Assembly: GCA_963835575.1 (NCBI GenBank)
Contig: CAWIGG010000004.1
Span: 160,001-224,000, forward strand
Direction: 5' to 3'
Length of the DNA: 64,000 bases
DNA from: an uncultured Spirochaetota bacterium
GTDB taxonomy: Bacteria > Spirochaetota > Brevinematia > Brevinematales > JAOACQ01
The notes under the pieces are model-generated. The model saw only the letters and a program-made list of their open reading frames with translations. It ran no database searches and was not told where the DNA came from. Position numbers and translations under genes: made by a program. Positions 1 through 9,087 of this stretch are shown here, in pieces (within the stretch, counting starts at the first letter, position 1; each line of letters starts with the position of its first letter).

Positions 1-278
1 TAAATTTTGACTAACCCATTTATTTTCTTCGTGTTCTTCGTGGTCTTCGTGGTGAAATTTTGACTTTTCATACAGTCTGCAAGACGGGGCTCTGGACAGG
101 CTCCGGACACACACATAGATATTATAATATATTTTTCAGCTGCTTTATGGATTTTACCCTCTATTCGACAGGGCCAGGGAAAGCGCGGTGAAATTTTGCG
201 GTTTTTTCTTCCCGGAAGTACAATATCTGATGCAGAATGATAGTTTTTCCTATTTGTAAAAATTATAGAGGAGGATTT

Positions 279-866
279 ATGAAAAGAAAAGGGTGGCTGA
301 TCACAGTATTAATCGTGGTATGTATTTCTTGGGTTTATGCCGTTAACAAGTACGGTATTAAATCCGGTATTATAACAATGGAAAGCGTAAGCACAATCGG
401 TAAAATGAAAATAAAAATGACAAAAATCATTTATTTCGACGATTACGGAATGAAAGAATGCCAGGAAACTTATACGGACGGCAAGATAAGTCATGTGTTT
501 TTCTGCGACGGGAAGGAAAAGATTTCTCTGACGCCTTTAAAGAAAAAGGCTCTTAAACAGGGCGCGGCAGACAACGGTATCGGAATGCGGGTCGATATCA
601 ACGATATGGGAACGAAAAAAGACATCGATTCGGGGATGGTAAAAAAAATGCCGCCCATGACCATTGCCGGCCAGTCATGTGAAATTATCCAGGTCGCCAG
701 AAAAGACGGCGCTAAAGATATCTACGGCGGATGGAATAACGTGCTGGTGTATTTGAAAACAAGCGCTTCCGGTGTAGCCACCGAGATGAAAGCCGTCAAG
801 ATTGTAGCAAACGCGGCTGTACCGAAGGATAAATTTCAGGTCCCGGCCGGATATACCGTGCAATAA
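279..866 (+). CDS. Secreted hypothetical protein (signal peptide; KSGII...YFDDYG motif, possibly DUF4412-like)
   Basis: ATG at 279 after GAGGAGG; basic plus hydrophobic N-terminus. Confidence 0.7.
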   Translation: MKRKGWLITVLIVVCISWVYAVNKYGIKSGIITMESVSTIGKMKIKMTKIIYFDDYGMKECQETYTDGKISHVFFCDGKEKISLTPLKKKALKQGAADNGIGMRVDINDMGTKKDIDSGMVKKMPPMTIAGQSCEIIQVARKDGAKDIYGGWNNVLVYLKTSASGVATEMKAVKIVANAAVPKDKFQVPAGYTVQ

Positions 867-937
867 AATTCAGGCAATAAAAAAAGCCGTACTGTCGACG
901 GTTTGTTATTTATTTTAATTCATCTCTGATTATAATT

Positions 938-2110
938 TTACCTGTCAGCCGCTTTTTCCGGCGCGGGCACCAGGTCTTCCAATAGTTCGACGGCGCGGCC
1001 GGCATCAGGCATCGCCGCGATTTCATTTTGAATGCTCCGTGCGCGCTCGCGGTAGCTTGCGCTGCCGAGCACTTCGCGCACTCCGTCCCGTATTGCCTGC
1101 GGGTTCAGCCGGTCGGGTGAAATGACACATGCGGCGCCAAGTTCGGCGCAGCGCTCCGCGTGGGCCGGCTGATCTGCCCCGATTGGAATGACCAGCATCG
1201 GCAATCCATGGCTTAAAGCCGACATTACCGTGTTATAACCCCCGTGGGTGATAACCATGCCGCAATGAGGGAAGAGGAGCGTTTGCGGGATGTACCGCTC
1301 GATATGAATGTTTTCCGGCTGCGGACCGAAAGCATCGGGATTTTGCGTTCGTCCTACAGTGAGGATAAGGTTTAAGGGCTCGTCCCGCAACCCGGCAAGG
1401 ATCATGTCGAAAATGCCTCTGCTCATCTGGTTATAGACAGTTCCAAGGGTGGCGTATACCACCGGCCGAGCAGAAAGTTTTTCAACCCAATCGGGCAGGG
1501 TTTCTGTTCCGGTGCGGTCAAACACCGGCGGACGGATGCTGTGCGCTGTCTTACCCGCTGATGCGGCCGGCTGGAAACTGTCCGGGAGACAATGCAGGTA
1601 CAGATATCGATAAAGTGTTTTAAGCTGAGGGTCAGGCGGCAGCCCATAGGCAGCGCGCAGACCGTCCAATTGTCTGCCGATCCAGTCCATCGACTGGAAA
1701 AAACCGATCCCAAGCACGGCATGCGGCAAATTCAGCACCTCGGCCGCGATGTAACCCCCGAATTCCCAGGTTTCACGCAAGATGATATCGAAATGCTGAT
1801 CTTTTACTATCCTGATTAGATCTGATGCCATGGGCTGGGCCGCGGCATGACTGAAGACAAACCTCGCGGCGAAATCGGAGATTTCAGTTAAAGTCATTGT
1901 CTGTATTTGAGGGAAGGTTTTTTCGGTCTCATCCGTGTTCCAGTCAAGACCGGCCGGGACCGTTTTTAATCCAGCCGCCTCGACCGCCTGGCAAAATGAA
2001 CGGGCACAGGCTACCGTAACTTCATGTCCGGACTTTTCGATTGCCTTTGCCAGGGGAACCATCGGATGGAAATGCCCGTAGGACGGCTCGGTTGTCAATA
2101 AAACTTTCAT
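938..2110 (-). CDS. GT1 glycosyltransferase, MGT/EryCIII-like (small-molecule glycosylation)
   Basis: GHFHP N-terminal motif, YATLGT, ITHGGYNT and DQP UDP-sugar motifs; GGAGG before ATG 2110. Confidence 0.85.
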   Translation of the reverse strand: MKVLLTTEPSYGHFHPMVPLAKAIEKSGHEVTVACARSFCQAVEAAGLKTVPAGLDWNTDETEKTFPQIQTMTLTEISDFAARFVFSHAAAQPMASDLIRIVKDQHFDIILRETWEFGGYIAAEVLNLPHAVLGIGFFQSMDWIGRQLDGLRAAYGLPPDPQLKTLYRYLYLHCLPDSFQPAASAGKTAHSIRPPVFDRTGTETLPDWVEKLSARPVVYATLGTVYNQMSRGIFDMILAGLRDEPLNLILTVGRTQNPDAFGPQPENIHIERYIPQTLLFPHCGMVITHGGYNTVMSALSHGLPMLVIPIGADQPAHAERCAELGAACVISPDRLNPQAIRDGVREVLGSASYRERARSIQNEIAAMPDAGRAVELLEDLVPAPEKAADR

Positions 2111-2295
2111 AGCGGCCTCCGCATAAAAACATTCAAAGAATGACAACGTTTTCCTTTCCAGTCTTCCACCTGATAGTTATAGGAAATATTAAAATCCTTC
2201 TACCGCCGGATATTCTACCTCAAGGCATAAAAAACCTCAAAAATTCACCGCGTTTCTTCTGTATCCGGTTTGATTTCAGGGTCTATTAAAATTTT

Positions 2296-3339
2296 TTACA
2301 CGATCAGCAATTTGAGAAGGCTGCTCACCTCTTCTTCCACGACCTGTTTTGTCTGGGCGCCCTGCATCGTCCCCGCCAGACTGCCGTCCTTAAAAATCAG
2401 TAATGTCGGTATGGAAGTGATTTTATATTCAGAGGAAATGACGGGGTTTTCATCGACATTGAGCTTGCCGTAAACCACCCTTCCGGCGTATTCTTTTGCC
2501 AGCTCTTCAATCACAGGGGACATCATACGGCAGGGAGCGCACCATTCAGCCCATGAATCGACGACAAGGCGCGGGTATTTCAATAGCGCTTCCTTAAAAT
2601 TGGATTCTCCCAGTAATATGACGCTGTCCGGATTGTCTTCTAATACCATCGCCTCGGCTTTTTCTTTCTCTTTCTGCTTTAAGTATTCCTCAAAGGCCCC
2701 GGAACCATATCTCAGTACTTCAGTTAATAATTTCGGCTCCGGCTGGACCCCGAGCATCCGGCTTTCTTTCACTTCGTTAACCATCAGTATCGGCACAGAG
2801 GAAATGTCCAGGTCCTGCGACAGGCTTAAATTTTCCTCCGCTTCTATCACCTCGGATGAAACAAGGTCATTCCGGGCCACGGCAAAGCGGTTCGCCAGCG
2901 CGGCCGCCTGCGGGCAGTACGGACATGATGTCGTCACAAAAGTCTGGAGTTTGACCGGTTTATCAAGCTTTTTGACCGCCTCAAGCGATTCGGCGGAAAG
3001 CCCGGCTTCGCCTGTGGAAATCATCTTGATCGTCTCAATCAGGGTATTGGCCTCATGACCGGCCGGCGTCCCGCTGAAATAGATTTTATAACCCAGGTCC
3101 TCGCCGAACACGATATACGGGTCAATCGGAAATCCTTTCTTTTTTCCTTCTTCAGCGCTGAAAATATTGATCTTTATTTTATCCGAAATAAGGGCAAGCT
3201 CTCTTAAAAACTCGGCCGTGAATTCGGCGTACTGCCCCGTTTGCGCGGAATAGACTTTAATATCAACGTCCCTTTTGAGCGACTTATCAAACGTGTCCTT
3301 TAAAAAAGCCGTTGTCGCCTCATCAATCAACCGTTCCAT
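2296..3339 (-). CDS. Protein-disulfide oxidoreductase (AhpF-N/PDO-like) fused to thioredoxin
   Basis: FSGTPAGHE, CPYCP and SVP in the N-terminal part; WCAPC and SIPT thioredoxin at the C-terminus. Confidence 0.85.
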   Translation of the reverse strand: MERLIDEATTAFLKDTFDKSLKRDVDIKVYSAQTGQYAEFTAEFLRELALISDKIKINIFSAEEGKKKGFPIDPYIVFGEDLGYKIYFSGTPAGHEANTLIETIKMISTGEAGLSAESLEAVKKLDKPVKLQTFVTTSCPYCPQAAALANRFAVARNDLVSSEVIEAEENLSLSQDLDISSVPILMVNEVKESRMLGVQPEPKLLTEVLRYGSGAFEEYLKQKEKEKAEAMVLEDNPDSVILLGESNFKEALLKYPRLVVDSWAEWCAPCRMMSPVIEELAKEYAGRVVYGKLNVDENPVISSEYKITSIPTLLIFKDGSLAGTMQGAQTKQVVEEEVSSLLKLLIV

Positions 3340-3509
3340 AAACATCTCCTTTCTTCTTATAATATAATCAATAATTATGACTTTTGCAAAAATATTTAGC
3401 ATCAAACCCGAGTCCCCAATTTATTAATACCGTTCATTTTTTTCCTGAATAAAAGCGATATTCTTTTTTTATATTCCTCAAAACGGATTCATACTTTTCC
3501 ATAATTTAC

Positions 3510-3553
3510 TTGACATCTATATCGTTGTATTATACAATGTTTGTATCATACAA
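3510..3553 (+). promoter_or_regulatory. sigma70 promoter TTGACA-17-TACAAT with two palindromic operators TTGTAT-N-ATACAA (3525-3537, 3541-3553)
   Basis: Read directly from the sequence upstream of marR. Confidence 0.8.
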
Positions 3554-3567
3554 TACAGGAAATTATT

Positions 3568-4032
3568 ATGAATATTCAGGATGTAAAACAATTCAGGGCC
3601 GGCTTAAGGGCCCTGGAAAGGGAAATCGGCGACCAGATAAAAAAAGATGTCACATGCTGCGGCGTCAGGCAGGACGAGTGCCATACGCTGATGGAGCTGG
3701 ACGATGAAAATGAGATGAGCCTGAAAGATCTCTCGGAAAGGCTCGATACCGACAAGGGCAATTTAAGCCGTACGATTGACAGGCTTGTCAAAATAGGATT
3801 TGTCCGCAGGGCCGGGTCGCCCTCAGACAGGCGGCAGGTTCTGGTCTCTCTAACAGAAAAAGGCAGAATAAAAGCGGCCTCGATCCATGAAATCTGCAAC
3901 CCTGAATACCAGGAGCTTTTCAGTTATATCCCCGAGGAAAAACACGACGCGGTCATAGAAGGGATAAAACTCCTGGCGGACGGACTTTCCCGTATGAAAA
4001 AGAAGCGGGAAAACGCTTCCTGTATAAAATAA
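3568..4032 (+). CDS. MarR-family regulator with a CC motif
   Basis: wHTH ...LSRTIDRLVKIGFVRR...DRR; TCCGV..ECH. Confidence 0.9.
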   Translation: MNIQDVKQFRAGLRALEREIGDQIKKDVTCCGVRQDECHTLMELDDENEMSLKDLSERLDTDKGNLSRTIDRLVKIGFVRRAGSPSDRRQVLVSLTEKGRIKAASIHEICNPEYQELFSYIPEEKHDAVIEGIKLLADGLSRMKKKRENASCIK

Positions 4033-4050
4033 AGATATTAGAGGATTTAT

Positions 4051-5133
4051 ATGGCCCAAAACACATGCTGCGGGAATGATCCCGGCCCCAATACGGGGAA
4101 AAACTTATCGTCATTAAAAAATAAATCAATAGTTTTATGGAAAGACACACCGGCCGGAAAAATCCCGATTGTGTCCGCAAAACTATCTCTCGGAGACAGA
4201 CTCGGCGGCTGGCGCGTCCGCTGGCGCTTTAATAGGGATAACTACAGGGTCCGGCCCGGCCTTTACGGCGTCGGGGAACCGGATAAGACTTCGCCCGTTT
4301 TTGTCAGCGCCAATTATAAATTTTCTTTTGACGCGCTCAGGAAAGAGCTTTCCGACATTGACGCCTGGGTCCTTGTCATCGACACAAAAGGCATCAATGT
4401 CTGGTGCGCCGCCGGGAAAGGGACTTTCGGCACAAAAGAGCTGATAGCAAGGATCATCAATCATAATCTTGCCGGTCTGGTCAGTCACAGGAACGTGATA
4501 CTTCCCCAACTGGGCGCTGTCGGCGTGTCGGCGCATAAAGTGACTTCATTCACGAAGTTTAAAGTCATTTACGGACCTGTTAAAGCGGAAGATATCCCCG
4601 CTTTCTTAAAAAATAATTATAAAAAAACCGAAGAAATGAAACTTGTACCATTCGGCTGGAAGGACCGCCTCATAATTGTTCCCGCCGAATTAGTCGAGTC
4701 TTTTCTCCCGGCGCTGGCTGTCCTTGCCGTTATTTCCATTTTCTATTTCATCCAGCGGCATTCATTAAATCCTGATATAATGAAAAGTCTTGTCCCATTC
4801 ATCGGCTCGATCATAACCGGAGCGGCGCTTGTGCCCCTGTTCCTGCCGTTCATTCCCGGCCGGTCCTTCGCATGGAAGGGTTTTCTTATAGGATTATTAT
4901 GGGCCTTAATTTCAATTCTAATTTATTCCCGGTCCCTGGTTTATTCCCTGTTTCTTCTATTAACGCTTCCGCCCATCAGCTCTTTTATCGCCTTGAACTT
5001 TACCGGGGCGACAACCTTTACTTCGCAGACGGGGGTTAAGAAGGAAATGCGCTACGCCATTCCCTATTATATTGTATCAATCGGACTGGGTTTGATTGTA
5101 AAGACAGTTTCCTTATTTATTCCGAATATATAA
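4051..5133 (+). CDS. hgcA: Mercury methylation corrinoid protein HgcA
   Basis: Cap-helix motif GINVWCAAGKG, PGLY, ANYK, LPQL; C-terminal TM helices with NFTGATTFTS. Confidence 0.97.
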   Translation: MAQNTCCGNDPGPNTGKNLSSLKNKSIVLWKDTPAGKIPIVSAKLSLGDRLGGWRVRWRFNRDNYRVRPGLYGVGEPDKTSPVFVSANYKFSFDALRKELSDIDAWVLVIDTKGINVWCAAGKGTFGTKELIARIINHNLAGLVSHRNVILPQLGAVGVSAHKVTSFTKFKVIYGPVKAEDIPAFLKNNYKKTEEMKLVPFGWKDRLIIVPAELVESFLPALAVLAVISIFYFIQRHSLNPDIMKSLVPFIGSIITGAALVPLFLPFIPGRSFAWKGFLIGLLWALISILIYSRSLVYSLFLLLTLPPISSFIALNFTGATTFTSQTGVKKEMRYAIPYYIVSIGLGLIVKTVSLFIPNI

Positions 5134-5174
5134 AGTAATCTAAATAAGAGATATTATGATCTCGGATAACGGGT

Positions 5175-5266
5175 AATCCGCTAATGCACGCGAATAAACG
5201 CGAATGGATTTGATAAATTTGTGAAATATTTTATTAGCGTGTCTTCGCGCGGCTTAGCGGAAGATT
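5175..5266. repeat. Palindromic intergenic repeat family A (AATCCGCTAA..CACGCGAA...TTCGCG..TTAGCGGAAGATT)
   Basis: Copies at 5645-5710, 26071-26190, 37942-38036 (inverted), 63757-63868. Confidence 0.8.
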
Positions 5267-5313
5267 TCAACCTTTTTAATGTATATTAATGAATATGAAT
5301 TGAGGAGAAAATT

Positions 5314-5601
5314 ATGAAATTGCAATACCTCAAGAATATAACGACCCTCCGGCTCTTTCAGGATAAATGCACAGGCTGCGGCATGTGCTCCGAAGTCTGC
5401 CCGCATGCTGTGTTCATAATTAACGACAAAAAAGCTATAATAACAGATAAAGATTCATGCATGGAATGCGGGGCATGCATGCAGAACTGTCCTGCCGGGG
5501 CCATTCAGGTCAATACCGGCGTCGGCTGCGCCGCCGCTCTTATCAGGGGCGCCCTGACCGGCTCAGACCCGGCCTGCGGTCCTTCCTGCGGATGCTCATA
5601 G
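5314..5601 (+). CDS. hgcB: Mercury methylation ferredoxin HgcB
   Basis: Two CxxCxxCxxxCP motifs (CMECGAC), GVGCA and a C-terminal Cys tail; downstream of hgcA. Confidence 0.95.
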   Translation: MKLQYLKNITTLRLFQDKCTGCGMCSEVCPHAVFIINDKKAIITDKDSCMECGACMQNCPAGAIQVNTGVGCAAALIRGALTGSDPACGPSCGCS

Positions 5602-5644
5602 TTATCCTGAATTAAGCAATTTATTTAACAAATATGATACGGAT

Positions 5645-5710
5645 AATCCGCTGATACACGCGAATGAACACGAAGGCCTCACCCCGCCTCGCAAGGCTTA
5701 GCGGAAGATT
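5645..5710. repeat. Family A repeat, internally deleted copy
   Basis: Aligns with both ends of 26071-26190. Confidence 0.75.
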
Positions 5711-5769
5711 GATCTCTCTTGTCTCTGTGTTGAGATCAAAAGTATTAAAAAGATGATATGAGGTGAAAA

Positions 5770-6645
5770 ATGATCGGGAAAAAACCAAAAATTACCGGCG
5801 TCTGGCTGCCGATCGTCACGCCGTTTCTTGACGGCGAGGTCGATTATGAATCCTACGAAAAGCTTGTCCGGCATTATATCAGTAAAGGCATTTCAGGTAT
5901 CATTCCGGCGGGGACCACAGGCGAAAGCCCGGCCCTGTCCGATTATGAATACGAGAAGATAATGGAAAAAACAATTGAGGCCGTTGATGGAAAAATCCCC
6001 ATATATATGGGTTTGGGCGGTAATTATACAAAAAAAGTGGTTGATCATATAAAGACTGTTGAAAAATATAAAATCGACGGGATCCTTTCCGTCTGTCCCT
6101 ATTATAACCGGCCTGACCAGCGGGGTATAGAGGAGCATTTTAAGAAAATTTCCGGGGCGACTGATCTCAGTATCATCATTTATAATATACCTTACAGGAC
6201 CGGCAGGAACATTGAAAACGCCACAATCCGCAGGCTTGCCGGACTGGCCAATATCGCCGGGCTTAAAGATTCATGCGGAGACATCAGGCAGACCATGGAG
6301 CTTTTAATGAATCCGCCGCCGGACTTTTCTATTCTGACAGGCGAGGATATATTATATTACATTACTCTAACGATGGGCGGAGATGGTGGAATTTTGGCCG
6401 CGGCGCATCTTTACACGGAAGATTATATCGATATATTTAATTCCCTGCAGGAGAATAATCATCAGAAAGCGCTGGGAGTCTGGAAAAAGCTTTCTCAAAT
6501 AATCCCGCTCCTCTTTATCGAGCCCAATCCGGCGCCCGTTAAATATTGTCTGAGAAAGCTCGGATTAATAGCCTCGGATGAAGCGCGCCTGCCGCTCATG
6601 TCCATTACTGAAACTCTCAGGAAGGAACTGGATAATTTTTTATAA
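5770..6645 (+). CDS. dapA: 4-hydroxy-tetrahydrodipicolinate synthase
   Basis: GTTGE, PYYNRP, YNIPYRTG, KDS, EPNPAPVK. Confidence 0.9.
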   Translation: MIGKKPKITGVWLPIVTPFLDGEVDYESYEKLVRHYISKGISGIIPAGTTGESPALSDYEYEKIMEKTIEAVDGKIPIYMGLGGNYTKKVVDHIKTVEKYKIDGILSVCPYYNRPDQRGIEEHFKKISGATDLSIIIYNIPYRTGRNIENATIRRLAGLANIAGLKDSCGDIRQTMELLMNPPPDFSILTGEDILYYITLTMGGDGGILAAAHLYTEDYIDIFNSLQENNHQKALGVWKKLSQIIPLLFIEPNPAPVKYCLRKLGLIASDEARLPLMSITETLRKELDNFL

Positions 6646-6654
6646 ATCTTTTTT

Positions 6655-7635
6655 TCAAAACGCTATGGAAAGCGGAATAATCGTCCAGGCTATATCATGA
6701 TTCAATATGCCGTACTCAATAGCCCCATAAGCAAAAAGTATTTGCGCTCCAAGTATCAGCCTTAAATCCATTAATGAATAAGGTTTGGGCGTTGTGTCGC
6801 CGGTTATTGTGGGTAAAGTATAAGGGCCTCCGAGGCTGTTTAAAGTATCATCCAGGGTAGCGGTTGTTACAACCTGACCGTAATTCATATTAAGGCCGAG
6901 TCCCCCGAAAACCCCTCCTATAAAAGGTATATTCACTCCCGCCATTATTTTCGCTCCGATGGAAACTCCGCTCCACTGCATATTCATACCGATTTTATAA
7001 TCGTTTGTTCCGATTACAAGACCGTTTGTACTGGCTTCATTATTCCCGGTATATGACATGCTGATTTTTCCGCTGTCATAATCAACTGAAAGCCTGCCGT
7101 CGATTTTAATCAGGCCCAGTAAATCGAACAAAACATAACGCCCTTCGGCCCCCAGATGAAACTGCCCGAAATTCACTGTTGCCGCGTCATTTTTCAGGTC
7201 CATTGACGGTATATAGCCGATCCGGACCCCGACATCCATAGGCAATAAAGGTATGCCTATCTTAAAATAAGCCTCGTCATAAGGGAAAGGCACAAGAGCG
7301 GCGCCCTTCGACATAGTATCAAAATAGGAGTCCATCGGGTTTGAATAAGTGTTTGTAAACACAATCTCTTTATTCAATGTCCTCATTAACAGGTCCGTCG
7401 TATTAAAGCCGAGACCTATACCGGCCTTTATTCCTGGAAAGCCCGAAGTATTGACAGGCGAAATATTTCCGGAACCGGTATAATATCCCAGATGCTTTGC
7501 CATCTCTGTCGATATAGGATCAATGGCGCCGGACAGGATTTTCTGCAGTTCAGCCTGCATATCGTCCTGAATAGCGGCGGAGAGCATACCGGAAGCGGTG
7601 ATGACAAATATTAATGCAAATAAAATCCTCTTCAT
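6655..7635 (-). CDS. Putative outer-membrane beta-barrel/surface protein (possibly DUF6588-like)
   Basis: Signal peptide, Gly/aromatic-rich amphipathic strands, C-terminal Phe. Confidence 0.6.
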   Translation of the reverse strand: MKRILFALIFVITASGMLSAAIQDDMQAELQKILSGAIDPISTEMAKHLGYYTGSGNISPVNTSGFPGIKAGIGLGFNTTDLLMRTLNKEIVFTNTYSNPMDSYFDTMSKGAALVPFPYDEAYFKIGIPLLPMDVGVRIGYIPSMDLKNDAATVNFGQFHLGAEGRYVLFDLLGLIKIDGRLSVDYDSGKISMSYTGNNEASTNGLVIGTNDYKIGMNMQWSGVSIGAKIMAGVNIPFIGGVFGGLGLNMNYGQVVTTATLDDTLNSLGGPYTLPTITGDTTPKPYSLMDLRLILGAQILFAYGAIEYGILNHDIAWTIIPLSIAF

Positions 7636-7808
7636 AAAAACCTCCTTTATGAAAATAATTATCCTCTCAAGCGAATTATACATCATTTTTGCTGAAAATC
7701 AATATAAATATCAATTTTAAATTCTCAAGAGATTATTAAATAAGTAAGCGACAGTTTTGAATATAATCATTGAAAATGAAAAAGTGATTTAAAAATCAAT
7801 ATTTTTTG

Positions 7809-8811
7809 TCAGAAAGAAAGCGACACCGGCATGATGATCCATGCCAGGTCTTTATTCAGAATGCCGTATTCAAAAGCCGCGCAGGCAAAAAAGAGCTGTG
7901 TTCCCATAATCAGCCTGACATCAAAAAGATTATACGCTTTTGCCGGGGCCGCGTTTAATTCCGGAAATCCCACTGCCGGTTCGATAACAGGAGAGAATGT
8001 ATCATTTATTTTGGCAGACGTTGTAACTCCTCCCAGATTGATATTAACGCCCATGCCGATATACGGACCGCCGACATAGGGAATATCGAGCCCCATCATA
8101 ATCCTGCCGCCGAGTGAAATCCCCGCCCATTGATAATTCAAATCAATCCTGTAAGCATTCGTCCCGACAAGAATATCATTAGTATAGGCCTGGCCCTGCC
8201 CGCCATATGAAAATCCGACATGCCCTTCGTCATAATCGAGGGAAACCCTTCCGTCGACTTTAAAAAGACCTTTATATTCATATATCATGGCGCGGCCTTC
8301 GGCGCCGATATGAAACTGGCTGAATGAAACAACTGTGGATTCATCCAGCTTTAAGTTAACGGACGGAACAAAACCGATCCTTAAACCCGCGTCCATCTGT
8401 TTTCCCGGAATGCCGATTTTATAATAAAACTCGTCATAAGGAAAAGGCACCAGCGCGACAGCCTTGGAAAGCGTGTTATAATACCGGATCATCAGATTGG
8501 TAGAATCGCTTTTAAAAACATCCTCGCCTTTTTTTGTACCGGTTATAAACATCCGTTGTATTGAAACCAAACCCCAGGCCGAATTTCATATGCATATCCC
8601 CCGATGTATTCACAGGGCTTAGATTTCCTGAACCGGTATAAAACCCCATATGGTATGCCATTTCTGAGGAAATAGGGGTCAGGGCTATTGTCAATAGTTT
8701 CTCCAGATCAGTCTTTACGGCATCCGACAGCGCGTCGGCAAAAAGGCCTTGAATTAATAAGAGCGTCAGAACAGCAGTCAAAATCAGTATCTTCACAAAA
8801 TCCACCTTCAT
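7809..8811 (-). pseudogene. Tandem paralog of 6655-7635, frameshifted at an A7 tract (8529-8535)
   Basis: Shared YTGSGN.SPVNTSG, GFNTTD, ALVPFPYDE and EYGILN motifs split over two ORFs. Confidence 0.85.
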
Positions 8812-8857
8812 GAATAAATTAAACTTTATTTGAGATATTATATACAAATTATTATAA

Positions 8858-9061
8858 GGGCAGTTCTAAAAACTCAAATATTTAGAACTGCCACTATTGT
8901 ATGAGTTCATGCTACCGCTCGAGTTCGCTGTCTGAAAAGAAAGCCGGCCAGCGAACTCTATACGGTAGCGCCATTTGCATTTAGAAGGAATTCTTTACCC
9001 GGGGCAGTTCCAAAACTTATTGTGGAAATATCTGATAAATTTTTAGTTTTTGGAACTGCCC
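8858..9061. mobile_element. MITE-like element with terminal inverted repeats GGGCAGTTCYAAAAACT and internal copies
   Basis: IR pairs at 8858/8892 and 9002/9061; solo end at 14825. Confidence 0.55.
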
Positions 9062-9087
9062 ATAAATCAAAAAGAATGAAATTAAAT

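Noticed and set aside
184..207. sigma54 promoter reading of the 24-bp motif
   Set aside because: GG-to-GC spacing is 9, not 10, and the second copy lacks the GC.
4051..5601. Selenocysteine recoding or an hgcAB fusion
   Set aside because: The cap-helix codon is TGC, there is no in-frame TGA, and the genes have separate stops and RBSs.
8529..8536. Programmed -1 frameshift at the A tract
   Set aside because: Restoring the frame needs +1 (or -2), not -1.
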